A DNA stretch of 64,000 nucleotides from positions 15,128,001 to 15,192,000 of the forward strand of contig NC_047031.1 in NCBI RefSeq assembly GCF_902652985.1, read 5' to 3'. The notes beneath the pieces were generated by a model, which was not told the DNA's origin, ran no database searches, and saw nothing but the letters and a program-made list of their open reading frames with translations. Positions 25,312 through 38,392 of this stretch are shown here, piece after piece. A program made the position numbers and the translations under genes. Origin of the DNA: Pecten maximus (Eukaryota). Each line of letters starts with the position of its first letter. Position 1 is the first letter of the stretch.

Positions 25312-26394
25312 TTAATTTTAGTGATATGTTATTGACAACACTGTGCAAGGGCATAATAATCCCTGTGTGTCAATAAGGGCCAAATAGGTTCTACTAAATC
25401 ATAAGTTTTTGTTTTAGTTTGTTTAGATGTTAAAGTTAAAGTTAATACTCTTATCAAAGTAATTAATATTCGTATGTTATGAACAGTAAAAGAAAAATCC
25501 ATAGTTGTAATCTAGTCAAGATTCTCCAAGTAATATCTCAGAGACATTTATATTCCAAGTTATATCTCAGAGACATTTATATTCCAAGTTATATCTCAGA
25601 GACATTTATATCACAAAAGTAATTGTTAAATCGAAAAGGGGGAGGAGTGTTGTGTATTTGAATAGCCAGTTAGCCACGCTAATTATATAAATAGTCCATT
25701 CCGGATATACGGTTATTATGTTATACACGCCTCGCGTATGAATACGCACTGTTTGATTAATAAAAGTAGTTCGACAATATGGACTCCACGTGTTGTGTTG
25801 ATTATGAGAGCCAGACAGTTTCCTTCTTGGATTCCTCTTATTAATAATCCCCCTGGGAACATAACACGTAGATCATCCATACTAAACGAAATGTATTTTT
25901 CCATGTTGTTGGGTATACATGTAATGTTGTGATCTTTAAATAAACCTACAGCTTCACATAAAATGTGATCGTCAAACCCTTTTAAGTAATGAAATATGAC
26001 GGGAACAAAAGAAGGGTCTTTAAAGCGGGGCAAAAAGGACGGCCTCCCGTGCGTGCGACATGTATGCGTGTGGTGAGTGCGCATGTGTGTTTTGGGAAGC
26101 TGCGGTATGTTCGTGTTAAGTCTCCTTGTGAAAAGGGGCCCATTTTGCAAAATTGATATTAACTTCTTCTCTGGACCTAAGCAATGCATGACATTGATAT
26201 TTCAGTGGCAGTATCCGTAGGTGGCTGGGATTCAAATGTATACAAATGATGGGGCCGAACCCCACCCCCTAGCCTTATGTTGGAAGTTTCAGACAGATCA
26301 TTGTTAGTTGTTCTGATTGTATTTTTGTCTGTATTATTATGATCTATATTCATCCATTTTTTTCTATGACCTTCCATAATGTTTGTTTCCCCAG

Positions 26395-27030
26395 GTCACA
26401 ATCAGATGTAAAGTTATCACCCTTGACAGTTCAGCAGACACGAAAAACAACCAAGTCTGGTCGGCAAATCTTGCTGCGAAATGCAGTAATTGCTGATTCA
26501 ACAAAATCCAGCAGACTGTCCCTATGGGACAATCATACTATGCAACTTACAACCGGTTCATCTTACCTCATGACGATTTAGCGGTGAAGGATTTCGACAC
26601 CGAAAAATCCTGTCTACATCACCCAGAAGCACAATAAATGTAGAAGAACTCCTGGACATTGTCGAGGTTGATGACAATTCAGTTCAAGTAGAAGGCATCC
26701 CAGAGTGTCTCTCCGTCTATATTGCGTATGTTTGTAAGAACTGCTACAAAAAATTGACAAGCCTTCAACGCCCTCCTACAAATGCATCAACTGCAACACG
26801 CGTCAACTTGTCAACGCAGCTTCAAAATCGACTTCGTTAAAAGTCAAACTGCAGAATCACCAGACAACATTTTCAATCACTGGCATAGTTCCTGACCAGT
26901 TCCTGGATATTCCAGATTCAGTCAATGTCACTGATCCAGATGAATTTGAAGAACCTATCTTCTCCATAACGCTATCCATACCAACAGCCACTACTACAGC
27001 ACCAACTTCAGTAAAATTAGCCGATTAAAC
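26395..27030 (+). pseudogene. Degenerate OB-fold (RPA-like) protein with Cys pairs
   Basis: LRNAVIADSTKSSRLSLWD, later CKNC and CINC; several frameshifts. Confidence 0.5.
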
Positions 27031-28959
27031 AATGCAGGACTCGTGCATATATGTATTCTAGCCGAACTTTAAAATCAATGCCAATATTAAACATTCTGGT
27101 ACCTATCACTGATAATTGATATTTTATTTTTACTATGATAGCTCTGAAAATTGGGTGCATGTTATCTGTACCAAGATACTAATAATTAGTTATCCCCATT
27201 ACTTGACATTTGGTTCATTTAATGTCATATATTTAAAGTGACCTATTTCCCATGTAATTATTTTCCACTGTTTTTGCAGCCTGCTTAATTTTAAAACAAA
27301 ATGCTCATCTATAGTTTCTTTGCTTGATACTAATGAGAGAAAACAAACTTTAATAGGATAAAGATAGATCTGCTTGCAGAACGTGCATTCTTGTCCACAT
27401 CTTGTACAAATATACAACAGTTACTGCAAATTTTTTTAACATATGATACAGGTTTTGTTGTAAAGTTTTAACTTTTTCTGTAATGGTATTGCATGCATTT
27501 CCCCCCAAATAAGTGCATTAAGTATACAACCTTCACTTTCCACAGCATAACTTCTTAACATATCATTTGATAATTGTTAATTTCGATATTGTGTTTGATT
27601 AGTTACTGTTTACTTGAATATGAACATTTGTGCGCTCTTTTTCGCTAAAAATGGAAAGATTTAATTTGTTTTTGCCAAAAAAAAACCCGTTGAAATTTAG
27701 CATAATAACTACCAAATGCAATTACGTTCAACATGTAATACAGTTTTTATTATCTTGGATCACCTTAACAATACTATTTGATATTTGCCAAATATAGGCA
27801 TTATGTATACACTTTTGTTTCCGCAGCATAACTTAAACATTATCCAAGTGTGCATAAACGGTAAGTGTTGAAAATCATGCTTAGGCAAAGGGAGATAAAT
27901 CACATTCAAACAACTGTTTTAATGTACAAAGTAGTGAACTAAAATACTATTCCAAACTTATAATTTATCATAGTATTAAACAATAATGATATGACATATA
28001 GACAAGGAAGCATTTATATAACGGGTATTAATACTTTTGCATATGCAGACATAAATTGTTCTGCCCATGCATTACTCTAGTTACATTTGAAGTTTGTTCT
28101 CACCAATTCCTCAAAAGTCTTCATATCTTCAACAAATTCCACATGCAGGTTCCTCATTATTTGCAGTTGACCATATATATATTACTATTTTTTAAGTGAT
28201 CCGAAGACACCCCCGTTAAAATTTGACATTTTCCATTTGTCATCACTAGTTCTTAAAATACTGAAGGGATCTTTGTCTTTGCTTTAACAAATTATATTTC
28301 ACCACCGATTACAAGACAAACCATTGGATAAATTGCCATTCTAGATTAGGCTTCATTATTTAACATTATTCCCAACCGTTACAGGGCCTTCATTCAGACA
28401 TCCAAACATGTCATATCTTTTGAAGATATCCAGTCTATATGGAAGTTTGTGCCTACTATTAATGAAATACACACCAAAATCTACAGTTAAACTGCCATCA
28501 TAATATACCCCGGTAGAGATTATTTTAACCTTTACTGTGTAAGGATAATCCATGTCTTCCATTTCATTTCAGCTTTGATACCTTACTGTTTATTGAAAAG
28601 AAGAACTGCCCTTTACAACATAGAACAGAAGAACCTTTCATTTCACCAATATAGATTATCCAATGCTGATCCTCAGCGTCCTCGTTATTTTTCATGTTTG
28701 CTCTAAATCTAAGATAACTGCTACAACTGCCATCTCAAAAAAACAATTTAATATTCTTAACTGCTACCACTGGGATTGGGCTAAAAATTTGCTGAAGTTT
28801 TAAAAACAAGGAAGTCCATGAATTATTGTTATTTCATTCGGTTCAAAGCACCTTCAACATACCAACCTATGCAGCCATATTTTAAGATAATTGCAAATTA
28901 CACAGGTTTTTACGGTAACTGTTTTCCATAGTGGTATGATGTACTTTCAATTGATAGTC

Positions 28960-29552
28960 AGATGACCATTAAGGCCCCTGGGCCTCTTGTATCAATATAG
29001 CCCAATTGACCTCATTTGGCCCCGCCCCTCAGGCCCCTGGGGGGTCAGCACACTTATTTGTACAATTCTGAATTCCCAGCCCATAGTTTGGTTTGGTTTA
29101 TTTTGTTTAACGTCCTATTAACAGCTAAGGTCATTTAAGGACGGCCTCCCGTGTGCGTGCGACATGCATGCATGCGTGTGGTGAGTGCGTATGTGTGTTT
29201 TGGGAGGCTGCGGTATGTTCGTGTACCATAGTGATGCTACCAGGCAAATAAGAGCGATATCCATTGCTCGGATTCAGAGAAGTCGTTTATATCAATATAG
29301 CCAAATTCACCCCTTTTGGCCCCGTCCAAGAGGCCCCCAGGGGGTCAGCCCAAACATTTGTACAATTATGAGTCCCCTACCCATAGGGATGCTACCAGGC
29401 AAATATGAGTGATATCCATTGCTCGGTTTCAGAGAAGTCGTTGATATCAATATAGCCCAATTGACCACATTTGGCCCCGCCCCCTCAGGCCCCTGGGTGG
29501 TCAGCCCAATCATTTGTACAATTTCGAATCCCCACCCCATAGTGATGATACC
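28960..29552. repeat. HINE end, degenerate satellite units and a SINE tail (29088-29224)
   Basis: aggcccctgggcctcttgt end; repeated ttggccccgccc...ggggtcagccc...ttgtacaatt units. Confidence 0.65.
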
Positions 29553-29904
29553 AGGATCTGCTCTCGACAGGAATTTATTTTCACGATATCGGAAAATAGT
29601 AAGTACTAATTATTTTTAAACAATTACCTTGACGTGAAGCAAAAACTCTTCCTATCTTTTACGTTCAATGTGAATTATTTTCACAATATTTTTTTTCTTT
29701 TAATTTACAGCCTGGAAGGTTTTGATGAGTCCCTATTTGACTAAGTATAATTAAACAATCATTCTCTCATTATCTATTGTCTATAATCGCGGAACGCGGT
29801 AAAAGTACAAGTATAACATATTGAATACAGGGATATACAAATATAAATCAATATGTCTTTTTCATTTGTAAGTGAGTGGACATCAGAGACAATATCAACA
29901 ACAT

Positions 29905-30226
29905 CACATGTGACGACAGCCGTAGCCCTGTCCAGACCATCAACAACGTATGCGACACCAACAGTAGTCGTGTCCAGACCATCAACACCACGTGACAACA
30001 GTAGTCGTGTCCAGACCATCAACACCACATGTGACACCAACAGTAGTCATGTCCAGACCATCAACACCACATGTGACAACAGTAGTCCTGTCCAGACGAT
30101 CAACAACACCACATGTGACACCAACAGTAGATCTGTCCAGACCATCAACACAACATGTGACACCAACAGTAGTCCTGTCCAGACCATCAACAACACATGT
30201 GATACCAACAGTAGTCCTGTCAAGAC
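29905..30226. repeat. 39-45-bp minisatellite, about 7 copies
   Basis: Repeated gacaccaacagtagtcctgtccagaccatcaacaccacatgt. Confidence 0.85.
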
Positions 30227-32969
30227 CAACTCAAAGAGGATTGACACCGTTCTCTTTGTAAGTATTATGTTTACATTCAACTATTCTCAGTTAATTGACA
30301 TACATTTATTAAATATATATTAATAAGTTATTCAGCCAAGAAAAACCATTATGTTTACTTTTTTGTTTTAACAGAAACATACCGGAGAAGAAGATACTCT
30401 TTTGAAATGGAGGATGACGGTGAAGGAGTAAGTGTTAATAAACAACCATGAAATTGTCGATCATTCAAAGACATGATTTCTTAAGTTTTTGTTGTTCTTA
30501 TCTTTTTCAGTAACAACAAGAGTCGCGCCAGCTATCCTGCAGCTGACCGAAGTCAGGAAAATGCTCATTGGAAAGAGGTGGAAATTGATTTTATGATTTT
30601 TATATTTATTAAAGAGGCTTGCCCGCAGAGAGATCAGAAAAATTGGCTAATAGAAAAAGATTTTTTACACATGACAGATTGTTGGAATTGTTGAGTTTTT
30701 CATTTTATTTTCCTTATAAAACGCTGAAAAGTGATATTAAAACCTCATTTTTAAATATTATTTATTTAATCGCAACCCGCAATAAGTCTAATTTGATTGA
30801 CACATCAAAGAAACAAGCACGTGCACAGTGCCGCACAGTGATAACTTCAAAGGCAGCGGCGATTTACAAAGAAGATTTGCCGTTATATTCCATACATTTC
30901 CCTCTCAGGTTGAGTTTTAAAACGTCTTTTAAATACATATTCTATTTCTATTTTATATTTCAAGAAATAAAGTCGGAAAGCCTCTAATTTTGTCACATAG
31001 AAACGTGTACTGAAGTTTATTTAGTGATCGGAGATGTGCAGTTTACCGGTCCGTCTGCGGGTAAGCCTCTTTAAAATATGGCAGAAAAAAGCCAATTTTT
31101 ACTTCTAGACGTCAGTAATGGAGGAAATCAAACATATCCATTCTTTAGTTTAGTTGTCGAATTTCAACTTGACTCGCCTCTTCCAACTTAGATGTACACC
31201 TCAACTTATGCCGATGGATGTGTATCTGGATCTTTCAGACGGTAAGTATAGCGTTTGTAGCTCTGCTGCCAAGAAGACTGATGCCGTAAAACTAAAACTA
31301 AGTTTTGAATGAAATAATCTCTTCGATAGGTAGGTTTGGTTTATTTTGTTTAACGTCCAAGTATGCGTGTGGTGAGTGCGCATGTGTGTTTTGGGAGGCT
31401 GGTGTCCTGCTGGGTGTCTTCGGCAGTATGCTTCAGTGAGGTAGCACTATAAATCGGCAAAAGTTCCGGCCTATCACAATGATACTTAACACGATAGGTA
31501 GGTCAAGTTGGGGTTTAATGTTTCACAAGATCACATAGGTGTTCATGTGAGAGGTGTCAATGCCGCGGTCAAATGTAGTTGGGGTTTAAAGTTTCACAAG
31601 GTTAAGTAGGTCAGGCAGGTGTCACGTGAGGGGTCAATGACACGTTCAAATGTAGGTTTGTTGGAGTTTTACGGCCCGTCGACAACTAGTGTCATTTAGG
31701 GCCAAACAATAATATCGTTTTGATTGTTTATGTTAAAGTTAGATAAAATTGGCAATTTTTTAAAAGCATTCTATTTGTATATTTATATCATTATGATAAA
31801 AAGGTTGGTTAAAAATGGTGAAAATATATAGATACGAATAGATTATGTGAACGTCAAAGGGAGTAAGGTAAATGACATTAAAGTCTATAGAATAGACCGA
31901 TTTGAGAATATCTTCTCATATAAAGATTTATTGATATCAAATGATTCCTGAACAAAAGGACTCAAGTTTTTATTTTGAAGTACCATACATGCTGGAGTAC
32001 AGTTTCAATACAATACATTCCTAATTCATGTCTTGATTAGCAGCTCTTGTTTTGGTTCTCAGTAATTCTTCATGTCTTTCATCATATTAAGTTGAAATAT
32101 GCCTAACTAACGATGGAACTAGCCTAAATTGAGTGCATATTAGAAGTTGGCATCAATAAGGTCACAGAGTCCTCCCGCCTGTATTATAACTGATGTTACC
32201 TTCCCGAAAGACATATTTTATTTTTATCCATCCAAGATAGATCAATATACTTCCAATTTCAATTAGAACATTATAGAAACATGTGTACAATCATTTCAGA
32301 CCAGCTCCAAACATTTCAAATTATTAGCAATTAATTCCTAAATCAATATCAGTCAATTTATCATCTTTAAACATAGAAGATTATTGATTTTGCATTAACA
32401 ATAATGTTCGTTTACAGTACTTTCAGTACTTTGTTTAAAGACTGGTATGTCCCGAATAGGGGACAGAACCCAAAGCCTCACTTTTAGAGTTTAGTTGAGC
32501 GTTCACCACCTAGTTTACTGAAGAGTGGTCTCCCTTGTCTTCAGAGAGCAAGGTGCATGAAAACATCAGCAATGGAGGGTCGGACTGTAATGGTGTTTTT
32601 GTTTGTGTAGCATCAGCTGTAGTGCATTGCCCATGGTTATCGTTGGATGTGAGGTAGAAAATACATTTAAACTGACAAATCTATCACTCCATGACAGACT
32701 ACGAGAAATCAAGATAATTGGACCAGTCCGATGTGAAAACATTGATGTGGGCAGCATTGTTGTGCGGGACTGTTACGGGAAGTACCTTAAATATGAATAT
32801 CTAACATATATATCGCGTATGTGCGTTTTGGGAGCTACAACTCGTATACAATAGCATATATGATTGTACTACAGGAAAACATGATCATCAACCATACTCC
32901 ATACATTATTTCATTTTATAGTAATGGTTGTTAATAATTGTTACAATTCTGAAATGTACTCTCGAAGTA

Positions 32970-33840
32970 CAAGGGCCAAATGGGCCCGAATCGCTCACAT
33001 GCAATGCAGTGATCTTTTCATATATGGATCCTACAGTTATTTGAAAGCATGCTACAGAGCCATTATAATGTATCGGCACATTGGCTATTCAGAAGTCATT
33101 TAAAGATTAAGCATACTTGACCGACGTGACCTTGAGTGTGAGTCAGGGTCATTCATTTGAACAAACTTGGTAACCCTTCACCCCAGCATGCTACAGACCC
33201 AATATCAACTTCCTGGAACTCTTGGATATTGAGAAGTGGTTTAAAGATTTTGGCCTTTTTGACTCCTGTGACCTTGAATGAAGGTCAAGGTCATTTATTT
33301 GAACAAACTTGGTACCCCTTCAAACCAGCATGCTTCCGACCTAATATCAACTCCCTTGGACTCTCGGTTATTAAGTCGTTTTAAAGATTTTAGCCTTTTT
33401 GACCCGTGACCTTGAATGAAGGTCAAAGTAATTCATTTGAACAAACATGGTAGTCCTTCACCCCAGCATGCTACAGACCCAATATCAATTCCCTGTCTGT
33501 TGGTTATTGAGAAGTAGTTTAACATGTTTTAGCATATTTGTTCCCTGTGACCTTGAGTGAAGGTCAAGGTCATTCATTTGAACAAACTTGGTAGCCCTTT
33601 ACCCCAGCATGCTACATACCCAATATCAAGTCCCTGGGGCTTTTTGTTATTGGGAAGTTGTTTTAAGATTTTACCTTTTGATCCCTGTGACCTTGAATGA
33701 AGGTCAACTTTATTCATTTGAACAATCTTGGTAGCCCTTCACCCCAGCATGCTACAGGCCCAATATTAGGTCTCTGGGCCATTTGGTTATTGAGAAGTTG
33801 TTTAAATGGAAAAGTTGACGCCAGACGGACGCCGCACCAC
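32970..33840 (-). repeat. HINE/MITE with about 5 tandem ~140-bp units
   Basis: acaagggccaaatgggccc end; gtgaccttgaatgaaggtcaagg repeats; gacggacg microsatellite. Confidence 0.75.
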
Positions 33841-34692
33841 CTTTACCATTATTTGCATATAAAATATTTCTTCTTATATATATATTCTTGATTTTTTACA
33901 TTTCTCTCGGTACATGAGCGATATCCATTGCTTACTTTCAGAGAAAAAGTTGTTTATATTAATTTAGCCAAATTGACCCCTTTTGGCTCCACCACTCAGC
34001 CCCTCGGGGGATTAGCCCCACCATTTGCACAATTTTGAAATTTGACCCTAAAGGGATGCTCACAGTCAAATATGAGCAATATCCATTACTTGGTTTCAGA
34101 GAAGTTGTTTATATCATTTAGACAAATTGGCCCAATTGGCCACTTTCCAATTCAGCGCCACCTGGCGGATCATAATCCAAGATGGCGGCGTATGGTGTGT
34201 CCGTGTCACAGCACATGTTTTTAGTGTTTTATCAGCGCTACGCGTCAAATTAGACTTTTTCCAGAAAATCTTCGTGCTTAAATGCGTATATAGGTAAGTC
34301 TTTATTTTGGAATGATTTTATAAGGAAATAAGGCGATATAAGACCGATATACACTTGTTCAAATACCCCAGGTGAGAAACCCTGCAGAATGCTATGTAAC
34401 TCATTTACACAGGTGTAGCATTAAAAATCGGTCATTGTATGATTCACGATTCATTTATTAGTTCTTGATTTGTATAGATCGAATAGAATCAGTCACTGCT
34501 TATGAAATGACGGCATCATAACGATGATAGCGAAATAAATAACGATATATCCATCAATACTATTTGCACCAGGTAACATTACAGGTAATTTTGAATGCCG
34601 CCATTTTATATTTCGAGCAGGTAGAGTCACGTGACATCAAGAGGTTGATAATGACAAAACATGATGATGAAAATATTTTTTTAACCAAAAAT

Positions 34693-34951
34693 AAACAAGA
34701 GGTCCATGGGGCCTGTATCGCTCACCTGGTTGGATTTGACCAAATGTCAAAATAATGTTCATGTTCAATTCCTTTTGTTTGTTAACCTCAAACAATGCTA
34801 TTGGTTATAGCGTGGGTATCCCAACTGCTTTAAAGAAATAATGAAGTCCAGACTCTCTGAGTTTACAACATGCATTTATAACTTTATGACTAGTAGTGAT
34901 TTAAAGGAATTACCTCTATTTCCCATATGGGGCCCCACCCCTTTTGCCCCT

Positions 34952-34991
<40 letters not shown>

Positions 34992-37676
34992 CCATTTATG
35001 CAAAATCTGTTCCCCTTCCCCCAAGAATGTTTCTGACCAAATTGGGTTCAAATCCATTCATAACTTTATGACTAGTAGCGATTTAAAGGAATTACTTCTA
35101 TTTCCCCTATTGGGACCCGCCCATTTGGCTCCTCGGGGGTCAGTCACCATTTATGCAAAATCTTTCCCCTTCCCCCAAGAATGTTTCTGACCAAATTGGG
35201 TTGAAATCCATTCATAACTTTATGACTAGTAGCGATTTGAAGGAATTTCCTCTATTTCCCAATTAGGCCCCGCCCCTTTGGCCCCTTGGGGGTCAGAGTA
35301 ACCATTTATGCAAAATCTGTTCCCATTCCCTGAAGGATGTTTCTGACCAAATTTGGTTCAAATCCATTCATAACTTTATGACAAGTAGCGATTTTAAGGA
35401 ATTGCCTCAATTTCCCCTATTGGGCCCCGCCCCTCAGGCCACTTGGGGGTCAGAGTCACCATTTATGCAAAATCTGTTCCCCTTCCCCCAAGAATGTTTC
35501 TGACCAAATTGGATTAAAATCCATTCATAACTTTAAGACTAGTAGCGATTTAAAAGAATTACCTCTATTTCCCCATTAGGCCCCGCCCCTTTGGCCCCTT
35601 GGGGGTCAGAGTCACCATTTATGCAAAATCTGTTGCCCTTCCCCCAAGAATGTTTCTTACTAAATTGGGTTCAAATCCATTTATAAATGTATGACTAGTA
35701 GCGATTCAAAGGAATTACCTCTATTTCCCATATGGGGCGCCGCCCCTTTGGCCCCTTGGGGGTCAGAGTAACCATTTATCCAAAATCTGTTCCCTTTCCC
35801 TGGAGGATGTTTCTGACTAAATTGGGTTCAAATCCATTCATAACTTTATGACAAGTAGCGATTTTAAGGAATTGCCCCAATTTCCCCTATTGGGCCCCGC
35901 CCCTCAGGCCCCTTGGGGGTCAGAGTCAGCATTTATGCAAAATCTGTTCCCCTTCCCCCAAGAATGTTTCGATTAAATTGGGTTCAAATCCATTCATAAC
36001 TTTATGACTAGTAGCGATTTAAAGGAATTACTTCTATTTCCCCTATTGGGACCCGTCCCTTTGGCTCCTCGGGGGTCAGAGTCACCATTTATGCAAAATC
36101 TGTTCCCCTTCCCCAAAGAATGTTTCTGACCAAATTGGGTTGAAATCCATTCATATCTTTATGACTAGTAGCGATTTGAAGGAATTACCTCTATTTCCCC
36201 ATTAGGCCCCGCCCCTTTGGCCCCTTGGGGGTCAGAGTAACCATTTATGCAAAATCTGTTCCCCTTCCCCAAAGGATGTTTCTGACCAAATTGGATTAAA
36301 ATCCATTCATAACTTCATGACTAGTAGCGATTTAAAGGAATTACCTCTATTTCCCCATTAGGCCGCGCCCCTTTGGCCCCTTGGGGGTCAGAGTCACCAT
36401 TTATGCAAAATCTGTTCCCCTTCCCTGAAGGATGTTTCTGACCAAATTGGGTTCAAATCCATTCATAACTTTATGACAAGTAGCGATTTTAAGGAATTGC
36501 CTCAATTTCCCCTATTGGGCCCCGCCCCTCAGGCCCCTTGGGGGTCAGAGTCACCATTTATGCAAAATCTGTTCCCCTTCCCCCAAGAATGTTTCTGACC
36601 AAATTGGGTTGAAATCCATTCATAACTTGATGACTAGTAGCGATTTGAAGGAATTACCTCTATTTCCCCATTAGGCCCCGCCCCTTTGGCCCCTTGGGGG
36701 TCAGAGTAACCATTTATGCAAAATCTGTTCCCCTTCCCTGAAGGATGTTTCTGACCAAATTGGGTTCAAATCCATTCATAACTTCATGACAAGTAGCGAT
36801 TTTAAGGAATTGCCTCAATTTCCCCTATTGGGCCCCGCCCCTCAGGCCCCTTTGGGGTCAGAGTCACCATTTATGCAAAATCTGTTCCCCTTCCCCCAAG
36901 AATGTTTCTGATTAAATTGGGTTGAAATCCATTCATAACTTTATGACTAGTAGCGATTTGAAGGAATTACCTCTATTTCCCCATTAGGCCCCGCCCCTTT
37001 GGCCCCTTGGGGGTCAGAGTAACCATTTATGCAAAATCTGTTCCCCTTCCCCAAAGGATGTTTCTGACCAAATTGGATTAAAATCCATTCATAACTTCAT
37101 GACTAGTAGCGATTTAAAGGAATTACCTCTATTTCCCCATTAGGCCCCGCCCCTTTGGCCCCTTGGGGGTCAGAGTCACCATTTATGCAAAATCTGTTCC
37201 CCTTCCCCAAAGGATGTTTCTGACCAAATTGGATTCAAATCCATTCATAACTTTAGGACAAGTAGCGATTTAAAAGAATTACCTCTATTTCCCCATTAGG
37301 CCCCGCCCCTTTGGCCCCTTGGGGGTCAGAGTCACCATTTATGCAAAATCTGTTCCCCTTCCCCATAGAATGTTTCTGACCAAATTGGGTTCAAATCCAT
37401 TCATAACTTTATGACTAGTAGCGATTTAAAGGAATTGCCTCAATTTCCCCTATTGGGCCCCGCCCCTCAGGCCCCTTGGGGGTCAGAGTCACCATTTATG
37501 CAAAATCTGATCCCCTTCTGCCAAGGATGTTTCTGACTAAATTTGGTCAAAATCCAATAAGAACTTTTTGACTAGTAGCGATTTGAAGCAAATGTTGACG
37601 GACGACGGACGACAGACGACGGACGCCGCGCCATGACATAAGCTCACCGGACCTTCGGTCCAGGTGAGCTAAAAAA
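34693..37676 (-). mobile_element. Full HINE with about 17 tandem 156-157-bp units, nested in the ISL2EU
   Basis: subTIR gctcacctgg (34720) / ccaggtgagc (37660), palindrome agctcacc-ggaccttcggtcc-aggtgagct, (gacg)n, hairpin end aacaagaggtccatggggcct. Confidence 0.88.
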
Positions 37677-38392
37677 GATTTTTAGCAGTCATGTTGATGT
37701 TTTGTTTTTGGCCATGTTTTATGTTATAATGACAAATATATATATCTTCAGTTATGTTGTTTATTAGGCCTATTTAAGAACAGGGTAAAATCTGCTTTTG
37801 AATATTTTGATATATATATGGCTCATAGGAATCAATGAGGATATTCAGAGTTACCTATTTAATATAACATATATTTCATGAGTATGACAGATTTATTTAT
37901 AAATTATATTTTCACGAGTGTGTACCACAAGTGTTATCTAATTATAAAATCTGAAATACAAGTGATATATATTTTATATCAAACGAGAAATTATTAAATT
38001 TTCTGTTTATTGCATTTGCAGTTAAACTTAAAATGCATTTGCAGACATCTGAAAGCACATTGAATGTATCTTTTATGTTAAGGCATTGAATTCAAGAAAT
38101 CTTACATTTGATTATGACTAGTGATTTTATCAGATTTCTTCCATGCAGTACAGTCAAAATCTTATATCATCACTAGTGATAATATAGGATTTCTGTCAGT
38201 AAAATGCAATAAATACATGCATATAGTCTTAATGGTTTATTATAATATAAACAGCTAATATTACCATGGAAAAGCTTAATATGTTATGATATCATAAGCT
38301 GTACTATTATTTATTGATAAGCTTTAACCTTATTAATCTTCATGTGTCTATTTATTTTTGTTTACTTATATAGGTACCAACAACAAGTAACC

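Larger units (their letters stand above)
22960..25866 (+). mobile_element. Internally deleted Ty3/Gypsy LTR retrotransposon (probably Mag-like)
   Basis: 219-bp TG..CA LTRs (22960-23178, 25648-25866) with 1 mismatch seen, 5-bp TSD CGTAG, PBS TGGCGACGAGG (tRNA-Ser-like), PPT gaaaagggggaggag. Confidence 0.95.
22700..26018 (-). pseudogene. Second, distinct Polinton pPolB exonuclease-domain relic split by the Gypsy insertion (26018-25867 and 22959-22700)
   Basis: Removing the element and one CGTAG restores VPVIFHYLKGFDDH...CIPNNMEKYISFSMDDLRFIDSFQFMSQSL...RKGVYPYEYVD...*LPP. Confidence 0.85.

Noticed and set aside
22765-26189. ORFs 22765-23211 and 25716-26189 as genes
   Set aside because: Chimeras of pPolB relic, LTR antisense and SINE sequence.
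28356-28562. 68-aa ORF
   Set aside because: No recognisable motif or supporting structure.
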